Shown here: piece by piece, positions 35,569 to 44,482 of the stretch
Layout of the letters: every line of letters starts with the position of its first letter
Numbering within the stretch: position 1 is the first letter of the stretch
From: Candidatus Pacearchaeota archaeon
Lineage (GTDB): Archaea; Nanobdellota; Nanobdellia; Pacearchaeales; GW2011-AR1
Direction of reading: 5' to 3'
Length of the DNA: 64,000 nt
Assembly (NCBI GenBank): GCA_018304105.1
Contig: JAGVWX010000018.1
Coordinates: 13,336 to 77,335, forward strand
Position numbers and translations under genes: made by a program
The notes under the pieces: generated by a model
Database searches by the model: none
The model's input: the letters and a program-made list of their open reading frames with translations, nothing else
What the model was told of the DNA's origin: nothing

Positions 35569-35610
35569 AAAACACAAAAATGTTAACTTTCATTTCTTTT
35601 TGAAAAATAC
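35566..35610. repeat. ~45-bp direct repeat, right copy
   Basis: tagaaaacacaaaaatgttaactttcatttctttttgaaaaa; overlaps the wHTH stop codon. Confidence 0.85.
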
Positions 35611-35848
35611 TTTTCGCGCTTATCTTTTCAGATAAAGCGCTCATCTTTCAGATGAGCTAGAGAAATGGGTATGCAAGCATCTCATTGAAATAATTATAAT
35701 GTCATCTTCAACAACAGAATTTTAATTTAAAAATTTTCTTACGAAAATTTTAGGAGGTGATCCATCTGCAGGTTCCCCTACAGATACCTTGTGACGACTT
35801 AACCTACCTTGTCTAACGAAGGTTCGTCCCTAACGGGCCTCGCCAAGG

Positions 35849-36154
35849 CTAAACTCGGTTGGTTTGACGGGCATTTCCTTTTTCACTCTTGCGAGTTACT
35901 TGGTTCCCCACCGCACGGACGGTTTTCCCGTATACGGCGAGCCCGAAAACAGAAACAAGAGTTTCAAGAACTATATCCCCAAATCTGACGAGGTCGATAT
36001 TTGGAATTGCTTCCCTTATACCTGCCTTTCTTATTCTTTCTGCTTCAGTTTGGGTTATCTGTGTGATATATTGTCTTGGATTTTCCAAGACCATTCTATC
36101 AGACACTGCTATTCCTTTTCCATCCTCATAAACAGCGTAATGCTCTTTAATCAT
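35849..36154 (-). CDS. Intron-located 101-aa ORF on the same strand as the rRNA, function unknown
   Basis: ATG at 36154. It runs 24 nt into the 3' exon and has no LAGLIDADG, HNH or GIY-YIG motif. Confidence 0.3.
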   Translation of the reverse strand: MIKEHYAVYEDGKGIAVSDRMVLENPRQYITQITQTEAERIRKAGIREAIPNIDLVRFGDIVLETLVSVFGLAVYGKTVRAVGNQVTRKSEKGNARQTNRV

Positions 36155-36548
36155 AGAAATTTCTTTATCTCTTACTATTTAAACTTTATTATACTTCGGT
36201 TGATTCCCTTCGCCAATTTAATTAAAAATTAGTTTACTATGAAATCAGCTGACTTCCTTCTTTCAATAATTATTGAAAGTTAGGATCTCCTTGGGTCACT
36301 TTATTTTCTTTTCCATCCATCCAATTAACGTTTTAGTTAGCTTCTTCATGTCACCGACCCATGCATGAATCGCTAACAATTAACTCTTACGAGCACGCCT
36401 CTCGACGTAGAGGCTGGATTTTGCTTTCGGCCCTTCAGCGTTCTTGTTACCAAGATATTTACGCCTGCCTTCTGCTACACTCTTCTAGTCAAGAAGAGGG
36501 ACAGATTTTAACTGCCTAGATAATAAAGCTGCCAAGCACATTTATTTC
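35873..36548 (-). other. 16S rRNA intron inside the ...CUCACCG / CCCGUCAAACC... (1400-region) sequence
   Basis: The conserved ACACCGCCCGUCA equivalent is split: ...GCUCUCACCG ends at about 36549 and (G)CCCGUCAAACC resumes at about 35872. Confidence 0.75.
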
Positions 36549-38224
36549 GGTGAGAGCACGGGACATTGACTTATTCACTGGTCTCTGATAAAAACCAATT
36601 ACTACCAATTCCAGCGTCATGTGGCTGAGTTGCAAGCCACAATCTGAACTAAGCTGCAGTTTATGAGATTAGCTTCACCTTTCGGTGTTGCGGCCCTTTG
36701 AATGCAGCATTGCCGCGCGCGTGTAGCCCAGGGTATTTGGGATGTACTCACCTAACGTAGCCCGCACCTTCCTCCCCCTTACGAGGGCGGTCTGCATATT
36801 GTTCGTGCAAATATGCACGCGGGTCTCGCCTGTTAACTGATTTAACAGATCATCTCACGACACAGGCTGACGTTGGCCATGCATCTCCTCTCAGCGTGTC
36901 AGGTAAGCCCTTCAGACTGACCTTCATTCTGCTGTCGATCCTGGTGAGGTTCACGGTGTAGAATCTAATTGAACTAATTGAACCGCACGCGTCACTGGTT
37001 GTAGTATCCCGCCGCCTATTCCTTTAAGTTTCGGTCTTGCGACTATACTTCCCAGGTAGCACACTCTCCGACTTCTCTACAGCACCGATACCTCTCGAGG
37101 AGGTACCGATGTTTAGTGTGCAGTGTTTACTGCTAGGACTACATGGGTATCTAATCCACTTTGCGCCCCTAGCCTTCATCCCTCACTGTCAGACCCGTTC
37201 TCGTGAAGTGCCTTCGCTATCGTTAGTCTAGTAAGGATCAACGCATTTTACCGCTACCCAAACTGTACTCTTCACGTCTCCCGGTCTCTAGCAACGCAGT
37301 ATCTCATGCACGCCCGACCCTTAAGAGGCCGGATTTCACATGAGACTTACGAAGCAAGCTACGGATGTTTTAGACCCAATAAACGCGGCTGCTACTTGGA
37401 CCGCTGGGATTACCGCGGCGGCTGGCACCAGTCTTGCCCAGTCCTTATTCATGCGACTTTTTACATCGCATAAAAGCGTTTCAATTATAGAAACGCACTC
37501 TGGCTTGCTCTGTCACACTTTCGTGTATTGCAGAAGTTTCCCGACTGCTGCACCCCGTAGGGCTGGGAATAGTGTCTCAGATTCCCTCTCAGGGCTTCTC
37601 CGCTAAGAGCCCTTACTGATCGACGCCTTGGTGGGCTATTACCCCGCCAACAAGCTAATCAGCCGCAGCCCCATCCTAACTTGAGAGACAGGACATTCCA
37701 GTCACCGTCTCCTATTGGATATTAGGGTCAGTTTCCCGACGTTATCCCCAATGTTAGGGCAGGTTAGCTACGTGTTACTGAGCAGTTCGCCCTTCATTTC
37801 TTGCGAAACAAAAAAGACTTGCATGTCTAATTGCAAACCAGATAGCAGCAGCCCCCAGCAGGATCAACTGGATTTCTCCTGACTCATACTTCGGCAAGAA
37901 GATACTGAATCTTGATCCTAACGTGATTATGTTTGATCTGTCGTGCGCTCGATCCCTCTCGGAACTCGAGGACTCGCTGAGACAGACAAACAGCTCTGCT
38001 CCTCCGTTTATTGTTATTAAAGTTTTAGACTTTAGAATTATTACTCGACGATTGCATACCTCATACCTTAATATGCAATTGGTCGGATTCTATTATGATT
38101 GTGAATCGTAACTTTTCCGACGGAAACCATTAAGGCACTCATTAAAGTTAACATAGTGTTGAGTTGTTGAGAAAAAATTGGTATATAAATGTTGTGGAGA
38201 TTTTCATTTGTGGATGAAGAGGTC

Positions 38225-39064
38225 TCACCGTTCAACATAGAAATTATAATCATAATCGCAATAAATTGGTTTTGTATTCATTGTCTTGCATTTGTCACAA
38301 AGCCAGGTTGGATCCGCACAGAAAGTCGAATCGGGGTTATAAATCTTGGAAGAATTATTTGTTAATTTGCCGATTGAAGTTATACAATTTGAAATAGCAA
38401 TTGAATTTTCTGCGTTTAATGATTTTGTGCTTATGTTATAGCAATAAGATAAATTATGAGTTTTGATCGCTGCAAATGTCCAACATTCCATCGTTGGATC
38501 AGCCGAATATTTATCTAATTCAAGATTCTTTCCAATTTCTGCACAATATGAATAGTTATTTGTCTTATAAGCTAACCAAAAATAACAGTTATCTTTTGTG
38601 TTTTGGGATTGATGATTTCTATCGTCGTATTTTTGAGTTTTCCAATGGTCAAAAAGGTCTTCGCAATATTTAGGATTATTTTCGGCTATTGCTTCTTGGA
38701 TAAGGCTCGTTGTTAGCTTTTCAGATTGTTTAAAGTTAGAGATACTAATTTGGGATATTAAATGAAGAACAAAATAAATTATAACTATTGGCGTAAGAAA
38801 TCCTAAGAAAGACCAGAACGCAGCACTTAGCTTAATTCCCTTGGGCGCTTTTATTGCAGCTATTAGTGGAAAAAGAATTGCAAGAATTAGAAGTATGAAA
38901 AATAAGAAAAATAAATATATCACTCCCCCAAGTAAGTCGCCAAATGGGAAAAAACCTCCTGAAAATGAAGATATAAAACTACTAGGAAGTATGAAAAATA
39001 AGAAAACTGAGAAAATGGAAGAAATAACTAGAGAAGTTAGATAATATTTAAGCTTATAATTCAT
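38225..39064 (-). CDS. Membrane protein with a Cys-rich extracellular C-terminal domain
   Basis: Four TM helices, then a domain with about 12 Cys (CYFWLAYKTNNYSYCAE, CWTFAAIKTHNLSYCYN repeats). Confidence 0.6.
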   Translation of the reverse strand: MNYKLKYYLTSLVISSIFSVFLFFILPSSFISSFSGGFFPFGDLLGGVIYLFFLFFILLILAILFPLIAAIKAPKGIKLSAAFWSFLGFLTPIVIIYFVLHLISQISISNFKQSEKLTTSLIQEAIAENNPKYCEDLFDHWKTQKYDDRNHQSQNTKDNCYFWLAYKTNNYSYCAEIGKNLELDKYSADPTMECWTFAAIKTHNLSYCYNISTKSLNAENSIAISNCITSIGKLTNNSSKIYNPDSTFCADPTWLCDKCKTMNTKPIYCDYDYNFYVER

Positions 39065-39122
39065 ATTTTAATACAAGAAATAGTTTATTTAAACTTTGCT
39101 AGAATTTTTTAATTACGCAATT

Positions 39123-39929
39123 TTATTTCGGCGGCGTCAGCGTGTCCCAGTTTTCTACCCATTGAGAAACTTCTGGAATCTTGACATCCATTTTTCTTTT
39201 TTTCACGTAGACTGTTGCAAGAAGATAGAAAATGAAGCCGAGGGACTTTGCTGACTTGTTGTTTCCAGGAATGACTTTGTCAATGTTCATTGTGTAGTTG
39301 TTCGTGTCGCAGATGGCCATGACTGGCATCTTTATTCTTTTTGCGTCGGCGAGCGCTGACTTGTCAGTCCATGGGTCGCAGATGAACAATAATTCTTTCT
39401 CCATGAAGACGTCAAGATTTGGATTTGTAAGAATTCCTGCAGGATATTTCTTTATGAAAGATTTTATACCTGTAACTTCTGAAAATAATTCTACTGCTTT
39501 TCCTCCGGCTTCTCTTTTACATACAACGACAATTTCTTCCGGCGCATAACCTGCAAGGTATTCTCCGGCTTCCTTGAGTTTGTCGTCGAGAAGTTCTGTG
39601 TTGAAAACAGCCAATGAATCTGCTCTTCGCTTATAGACATAAGGTTTCATGTCTGGTGTAATTGCTCTAGTTCCAAGGTGAATAGAACTCTTCAAATAGT
39701 CTTCAATTGGAGCAAGCGCGCCAGGCTTTTGTTCTTTTTTCATTTCTTTGGAAACATCGATTTCCTTTGTTTCCATTTTTCCAGCGAGAGCTTCTGCCTT
39801 TGCTTTCAGCTTTGCTAACTTGTCTTCCTTTTCTGTTAGTGAAACCTTTTCTTCTGCCGCTTCTTTCTTAGAAGTCTTCTTCTTAATTGTTTTCTTCTCA
39901 GATTCTTCAGATTTTTTCTTTACGGGCAT
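39123..39929 (-). CDS. rps2: Ribosomal protein uS2 with a Lys/Glu-rich N-terminal extension
   Basis: YLKSSIHLGTRAITPDMKPYVYKRRADSLAVFNTELL...ICDTNN. Confidence 0.85.
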   Translation of the reverse strand: MPVKKKSEESEKKTIKKKTSKKEAAEEKVSLTEKEDKLAKLKAKAEALAGKMETKEIDVSKEMKKEQKPGALAPIEDYLKSSIHLGTRAITPDMKPYVYKRRADSLAVFNTELLDDKLKEAGEYLAGYAPEEIVVVCKREAGGKAVELFSEVTGIKSFIKKYPAGILTNPNLDVFMEKELLFICDPWTDKSALADAKRIKMPVMAICDTNNYTMNIDKVIPGNNKSAKSLGFIFYLLATVYVKKRKMDVKIPEVSQWVENWDTLTPPK

Positions 39930-40039
39930 GAATGCTTGAGAAATTGTGGGTTTTTAAGACTTACTGTCAGCAAGTCCTATTAAGTCTCGCTAACGCTCGA
40001 ACTAAAAGACTTTTTGGGATTGATAAAATGATAGAATAA

Positions 40040-40300
40040 CTATCTGGAAGAAGCCATTTGTTCTGAACGCTTAACTGAAACTTTAACATTTGGAACCCGA
40101 ACTTCTTCAACACGCAGTTCGTTATGAGCATAGGCATCAAGAAGGTATGTTCGTTGAATGGAAGGTTTTCTTGCTCTTACGTCCTGAACATATTCTAATA
40201 ATGCGCTTTCTTCATCTATTCCTATGGTGTGTTCACAACTTCCACCATGAACAACCATTCGCACGTTATATAATTTTAATTCTTCACCCACAGTAATCAT
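40040..40300 (-). CDS. Orphan 86-aa protein between eno and rps2
   Basis: ORF only. Confidence 0.4.
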   Translation of the reverse strand: MITVGEELKLYNVRMVVHGGSCEHTIGIDEESALLEYVQDVRARKPSIQRTYLLDAYAHNELRVEEVRVPNVKVSVKRSEQMASSR

Positions 40301-40394
40301 TTTAATCTTAACTATTTAAGTTTTATTGCACCTTAGTTGATTTAGTTTATTCTAGATAAATTGGTTCGCCAAATCATGGCAGTAAAAAATATAA

Positions 40395-41534
40395 TTAAAT
40401 CTTCTTAACTATCTTCTCAATCTCAACCAGCCTCTTGAGCTTGGCTTCTCGCCATTTTGTTGAGACGCCGCACTTTATGAAGTCTGCCTGGAAGCCAACG
40501 GCGTAGTCTGCGAGAGCGTCGTCTAAAGTTTCTCCAGAACGATGGGACAGAATTGTTTTTATGCTGTGCTTTTTACAGAGCTTGAAAATTTTTGCTAGCT
40601 CGATTAAAGAGCCGTTTTGGTTTGGCTTTATTATCATTGCATTTATTGATTTGAGTTTGATTGCTTTTTTTAAACGGTCAATGTGAGTAACGGTTAAATC
40701 GTCTCCAACGACGAGATGACTATCTGAGCGATGAATCTTGCTGAAGCCTTTGAAGTCTTCTTCATCCAACGGGTCCTCGCAATAAAAGATATTGAAGTCT
40801 TTAATTAAAGAATTTGTATAATAAATTTGTGTTTCTCTATCGAGAATTTTATTTTTATATTCGTAGTTTCCATTGCAGAAAAAAGAGGATGCCGCAACGT
40901 CTGTTCCTATTCGAAAGTTTTTGAATTTTGAAAGATGTTCGAAGACCTGTTCGTTGTCTATTGAAACTTCCCAGGCGCCTTCGTCTGTTTTTTTATTTGA
41001 GCTTAGAATTGATTTTAATTTTGCATGCGCTTCTTTTAGCGATTTAAAATTTATCTTTGGAGAAGTTGTTTTTGGGATAAGAAGAAACTCTTGAAAAACC
41101 GGATGATTTTCTTTGTGGGCGTGCAGACCGCCTTCGATTACATTGCCAACAGGAATAGGAAATTTCTTTGGTTTAAAATTGAGCAATTGAAATAATTCAA
41201 TGCCTTCTTCTTTTGCAAGTGCCTTAAGAATTGCTGACTCGAGAGCGAAAAGTGCGTTAGCTCCGAATTGTTTTGCGTCTTTTAATTTTGCTTTCTTTTT
41301 TATGAAAGATTCCACTTTCTTTAAGTCTTGGAACTCATGGATTTCTAAATTGAATGTTGAAGTGTTGAGAAATTTTATGTTCCATTCGAGAGAACTGTGA
41401 AATGGGGGAGTTTCATATTTGCCTTTTGATTTTCCAGAGGGGGATGAAGCATTTATATTTCCGATGGATATTTCTATGGTAGGTTCTTTTCTTGAGTCGA
41501 GAATTTTTCTAGCATGCACTTCTTTTAGGAACAT
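40395..41534 (-). CDS. eno: Enolase-like protein, short (379 aa)
   Basis: N-terminus VHARKILDSRKEPTIEISI and C-terminal LSHRSGETLDDALADYAVG (enolase signature). About 50 aa shorter than typical enolases. Confidence 0.75.
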   Translation of the reverse strand: MFLKEVHARKILDSRKEPTIEISIGNINASSPSGKSKGKYETPPFHSSLEWNIKFLNTSTFNLEIHEFQDLKKVESFIKKKAKLKDAKQFGANALFALESAILKALAKEEGIELFQLLNFKPKKFPIPVGNVIEGGLHAHKENHPVFQEFLLIPKTTSPKINFKSLKEAHAKLKSILSSNKKTDEGAWEVSIDNEQVFEHLSKFKNFRIGTDVAASSFFCNGNYEYKNKILDRETQIYYTNSLIKDFNIFYCEDPLDEEDFKGFSKIHRSDSHLVVGDDLTVTHIDRLKKAIKLKSINAMIIKPNQNGSLIELAKIFKLCKKHSIKTILSHRSGETLDDALADYAVGFQADFIKCGVSTKWREAKLKRLVEIEKIVKKI

Positions 41535-41572
41535 GGAAAGATAAAGAGAGGAAAGGATTTAAGGGTTTTGGA

Positions 41573-42226
41573 TTATAAGGGACTAAACAAGAGTCCTTGT
41601 CTGTTAACACGTTCTACTGCATGCCTGAATTCTTGATATGCGTTTCTTCTGAATAAAACAACATGGGGGAGACCTTGAGATTCTTCACGCTGCAGTTTTT
41701 GGTCAAGACATTCGGAAAAAGAATAAATTATGTGTATTGGCCTTGCTCCTTCAAATTCTGCTCTTAGATTTGGCGCCCCATAATTTACGTCTTTTATTCT
41801 GAGTACAGATTGGCCGTGTTGTGCGCGATATTCTGGAGGCACGCCCAAATAAGAAACTCTTGACGTACATCTATCGGCTTGCCTTTCAAATTTGATTCCT
41901 TTCTGCTCTAAAATTTCTGCAACAGCTTCGTTGATTTCTGGTTCAGGGATAACGTAACCACAATTTTCGCTGCAGAGTTGAATGTCAATGTCTTCTCCCC
42001 TTCTTTGAACAAAATCTAATTTCTCCGGGTCTTTACCCCTTAAATCTCTTTCAAGTTTTAACCAATATTCGTAAGGATAGGTTGTTGTTCCGACGGCCAA
42101 TGCTCCGAATGTGCCTAACCGACTTAGTCTATCTGCAAATAACAGTTTCAGAAATTCAGCCAAAGCGGTTCTTTCTTGTTTTGGTAAAGATGTTAAATAA
42201 GTATTTCTTTCCATTAAAATCAGCAA
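41573..42226 (-). CDS. Orphan 217-aa protein between rpoK and eno
   Basis: ORF only; Arg/Gln/Glu-rich, with no motif recognised. Confidence 0.5.
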   Translation of the reverse strand: MLILMERNTYLTSLPKQERTALAEFLKLLFADRLSRLGTFGALAVGTTTYPYEYWLKLERDLRGKDPEKLDFVQRRGEDIDIQLCSENCGYVIPEPEINEAVAEILEQKGIKFERQADRCTSRVSYLGVPPEYRAQHGQSVLRIKDVNYGAPNLRAEFEGARPIHIIYSFSECLDQKLQREESQGLPHVVLFRRNAYQEFRHAVERVNRQGLLFSPL

Positions 42227-42242
42227 AATTCAAAGTATAAAA

Positions 42243-42623
42243 TTATTTCTCTTCAGAAGAATCGTCTTCGGCTTCTACAGGCTCTTCATCGGCGTCAGCC
42301 TCATTCACGAAACCGATTTCTTTTGCGTCTTCTACTATTTCTTTTTCAACTTCCTGGGCTTTTGCAATTAGCTCTTCATCTGAAAGCTGCTCTTCTTTTA
42401 TTGCACCCAATCTGTCCTTGCTCTTTCTTGGAGAAGGCCGATGAATTGTGATTGGCAAGACTCCTTCATTGAGCTCGTATTCTGCGATTCTCAAAGCGTC
42501 GAATCTCATTTCTTTTAATTCTTCTTTGGTTAGCTTGACCAATAAGGGAGCGTCCATTGCTATCTGTAATGCTCTTGCTCCGATGATGCGGGCCGTTTCA
42601 TACTTGGTAAATTTGTTTTCCAT
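42243..42623 (-). CDS. rpoK: RNA polymerase subunit K (Rpo6) with an acidic C-terminal extension
   Basis: FTKYETARIIGARALQIAMDAPLLV. Confidence 0.8.
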   Translation of the reverse strand: MENKFTKYETARIIGARALQIAMDAPLLVKLTKEELKEMRFDALRIAEYELNEGVLPITIHRPSPRKSKDRLGAIKEEQLSDEELIAKAQEVEKEIVEDAKEIGFVNEADADEEPVEAEDDSSEEK

Positions 42624-42634
42624 TTATAAGAATT

Positions 42635-43450
42635 TTATAGGAAGTTTTTAAGCTTTTTGCTTATCTCTCCGAACTTCTCGGGAAGGATTTCCATTATTTT
42701 TTCGACTTCTGCCTGAGTCAATGGGAGCTCTCCTTTTTTCTGACAAGAGTTTAACATTATTTGCCCGTTCCATTGCGAGATTCCGAAAGTGATTCTTGTG
42801 TCGCAGGCTTCTTCCTCTTCTCTTGTTGGGTCTAAGATTAACGAATCTCCAAGCTTGAAGAAGCTGAAAGAAAGGGGCAATGTTTCCTTAGAAAGAGGAA
42901 GCTTGTTTTTTGTTTTCTTCTCATAGTCTATTTTTCCTTTTTCATCAATTTCAGGCATTAACGTATTGTGAAGCGCGGCGATAGCTCCGATGCTTGATGC
43001 GTCAATCATATTACCGTCGTCATTTATTGGATAAACATCTATAATAACTGTCCAGACTAATTCCCCTTCTTTTATGCAGAGTTTTTTTAATTCTATCATG
43101 TCAGAACCCCTTATCGCTCTGTCAACTAATCTTGGCAACTCGACTGCGTTAAATCCTGGAGGGCCAGATTCATATCTTGGGGAAGCTAAAGGCAACAAGT
43201 CTCCCGATACCATTAAGTTTCCTTTGTCCTGAGAATCTGGATAAGGCGCTCCGGTCTGAAGCTTTACTCCGACAACGACTTCGGTCTTGCCTATTCTAAC
43301 TCTTGCGGAACCTTCTGCCTTGTTTGAAACTCCATACTCGACGCTTATGTCTCTAAAATCTATTAAGCCTCGCCCATCAAACCTTTTTCCTTCTGAAAAC
43401 ATCTTTCTTAGAGTTTCTTTTGTCAAGTTTGATACATCCATACTACTCAT
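42635..43450 (-). CDS. rrp42: Exosome subunit Rrp42 (inactive RNase PH)
   Basis: GKRFDGRGLIDFRDISVEYGVSNKAEGSARVRIGKTEVVVGVK. Confidence 0.85.
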   Translation of the reverse strand: MSSMDVSNLTKETLRKMFSEGKRFDGRGLIDFRDISVEYGVSNKAEGSARVRIGKTEVVVGVKLQTGAPYPDSQDKGNLMVSGDLLPLASPRYESGPPGFNAVELPRLVDRAIRGSDMIELKKLCIKEGELVWTVIIDVYPINDDGNMIDASSIGAIAALHNTLMPEIDEKGKIDYEKKTKNKLPLSKETLPLSFSFFKLGDSLILDPTREEEEACDTRITFGISQWNGQIMLNSCQKKGELPLTQAEVEKIMEILPEKFGEISKKLKNFL

Positions 43451-44189
43451 TTTGATTCTCCTCCAATGAGCCACTGGAATTTTCCACTACGGCTTTCAGG
43501 GCTTTGGTTTGAATTTCACAGATTTCTGAACAAGCTTTGTTAGCCATTTCTAAAAGTTCTTTTACTTTTTCGGGTTGAATTTTTCCGTCCATTTGCATCA
43601 GGGTGAATTCGTCATGGTTTGCTAATTTAGCGATTGCAAAGTCTGTCGCGCCTTCGCCTTCATGGTAGTCTTCTTCTTCTTTTGTCAAGTCAACTATTAA
43701 TGTTTGGTCTGTTTTGCCGAGAGCTACCGAACAGATTAAATCTTTCATTGGAATTCCTGCGTGAGCAAGGGCCATTGAAGCAGCATTTATTCCGGCTGTT
43801 CTTGTTCCAGCATCAGCTTGGAGAATGTAAATCTGGACATCTACGACTGTATTTGGAAAGGCGCTTAGGTCTATTGCAGGAAGCAAAGCCCATTCGGTTA
43901 CTTTTGAAATTTCCTGACTTCTACGAGATGGGCCGGGTTTTTTTCTATCGTAAACCGAGAAGCTTAACAAATCGTAGTTGCATCTTAAGATTCCTGTTGA
44001 TGGGTCCTGCATATGCTGGGGATGGAGTTGCCTTGGACCGTAGACTGCTGCGATTGCGACAGTGTCGCCGAATGAGAACATTGCTGAGCCGTCCGCGTTT
44101 GGAATGACTCCGACTTTCGCGACTATTTTTCTTAACTCATCAACTCTTCTTCCATCAGGCCTTTTGAAATCTGATTTCTTTGACGTCAT
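43443..44189 (-). CDS. rrp41: Exosome subunit Rrp41 (RNase PH)
   Basis: RPDGRRVDELRKI...NADGSAMFSFGDTVAIAAVYGPR...DADGGTRTA-like ADAGTRTAGINA. Confidence 0.85.
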   Translation of the reverse strand: MTSKKSDFKRPDGRRVDELRKIVAKVGVIPNADGSAMFSFGDTVAIAAVYGPRQLHPQHMQDPSTGILRCNYDLLSFSVYDRKKPGPSRRSQEISKVTEWALLPAIDLSAFPNTVVDVQIYILQADAGTRTAGINAASMALAHAGIPMKDLICSVALGKTDQTLIVDLTKEEEDYHEGEGATDFAIAKLANHDEFTLMQMDGKIQPEKVKELLEMANKACSEICEIQTKALKAVVENSSGSLEENQNE

Positions 44190-44482
44190 TATTGCCATCC
44201 TCCGCAATTAATTAATGCATCTTTTAATTCACAATATTTTGGATCTTGAAGCCTAATAGAAATTAAAGATCCTCCACAAATATGAATTCTATCACCAGAT
44301 TCTACTGTTTGATTTATTGATACTGTATTTAACGTAATACCTTCATGTTTTGGAGATGTTCTGTAGGCGTAGGTTGATTTCCCCCCTATTTCTGCATCAG
44401 AATTTCCAACCCACAAGCCAACCCTATCAACTAATTGTTCTCCTTCTTCAAATAAGCGTAGGTTAACTTTTCTATCTATCAT
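44189..44482 (-). CDS. Orphan 97-aa protein wedged between rrp4 and rrp41
   Basis: 4-nt overlap with the rrp4 stop, and its stop abuts the rrp41 start. No motif recognised. Confidence 0.5.
   Translation of the reverse strand: MIDRKVNLRLFEEGEQLVDRVGLWVGNSDAEIGGKSTYAYRTSPKHEGITLNTVSINQTVESGDRIHICGGSLISIRLQDPKYCELKDALINCGGWQ

Larger units (their letters stand above)
35752..37875 (-). rRNA. 16S rRNA with one ~675-nt intron
   Basis: Minus strand 5' AAUCCAGUUGAUCCUGCUGG, then CAGCAGCCGCGGUAAUCCCAGC and GGAUUAGAUACCCAUGUAGUCC, ending 3' GUAGGGGAACCUGCAGAUGGAUCACCUCCU. Confidence 0.92.

Noticed and set aside
37037-38111. Track ORFs in or next to the 16S rRNA: 37037..37231, 37340..37606 and 37923..38111.
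   Set aside because: The first two are antisense to conserved 16S sequence. The third lies in the rRNA leader and has no coding features.
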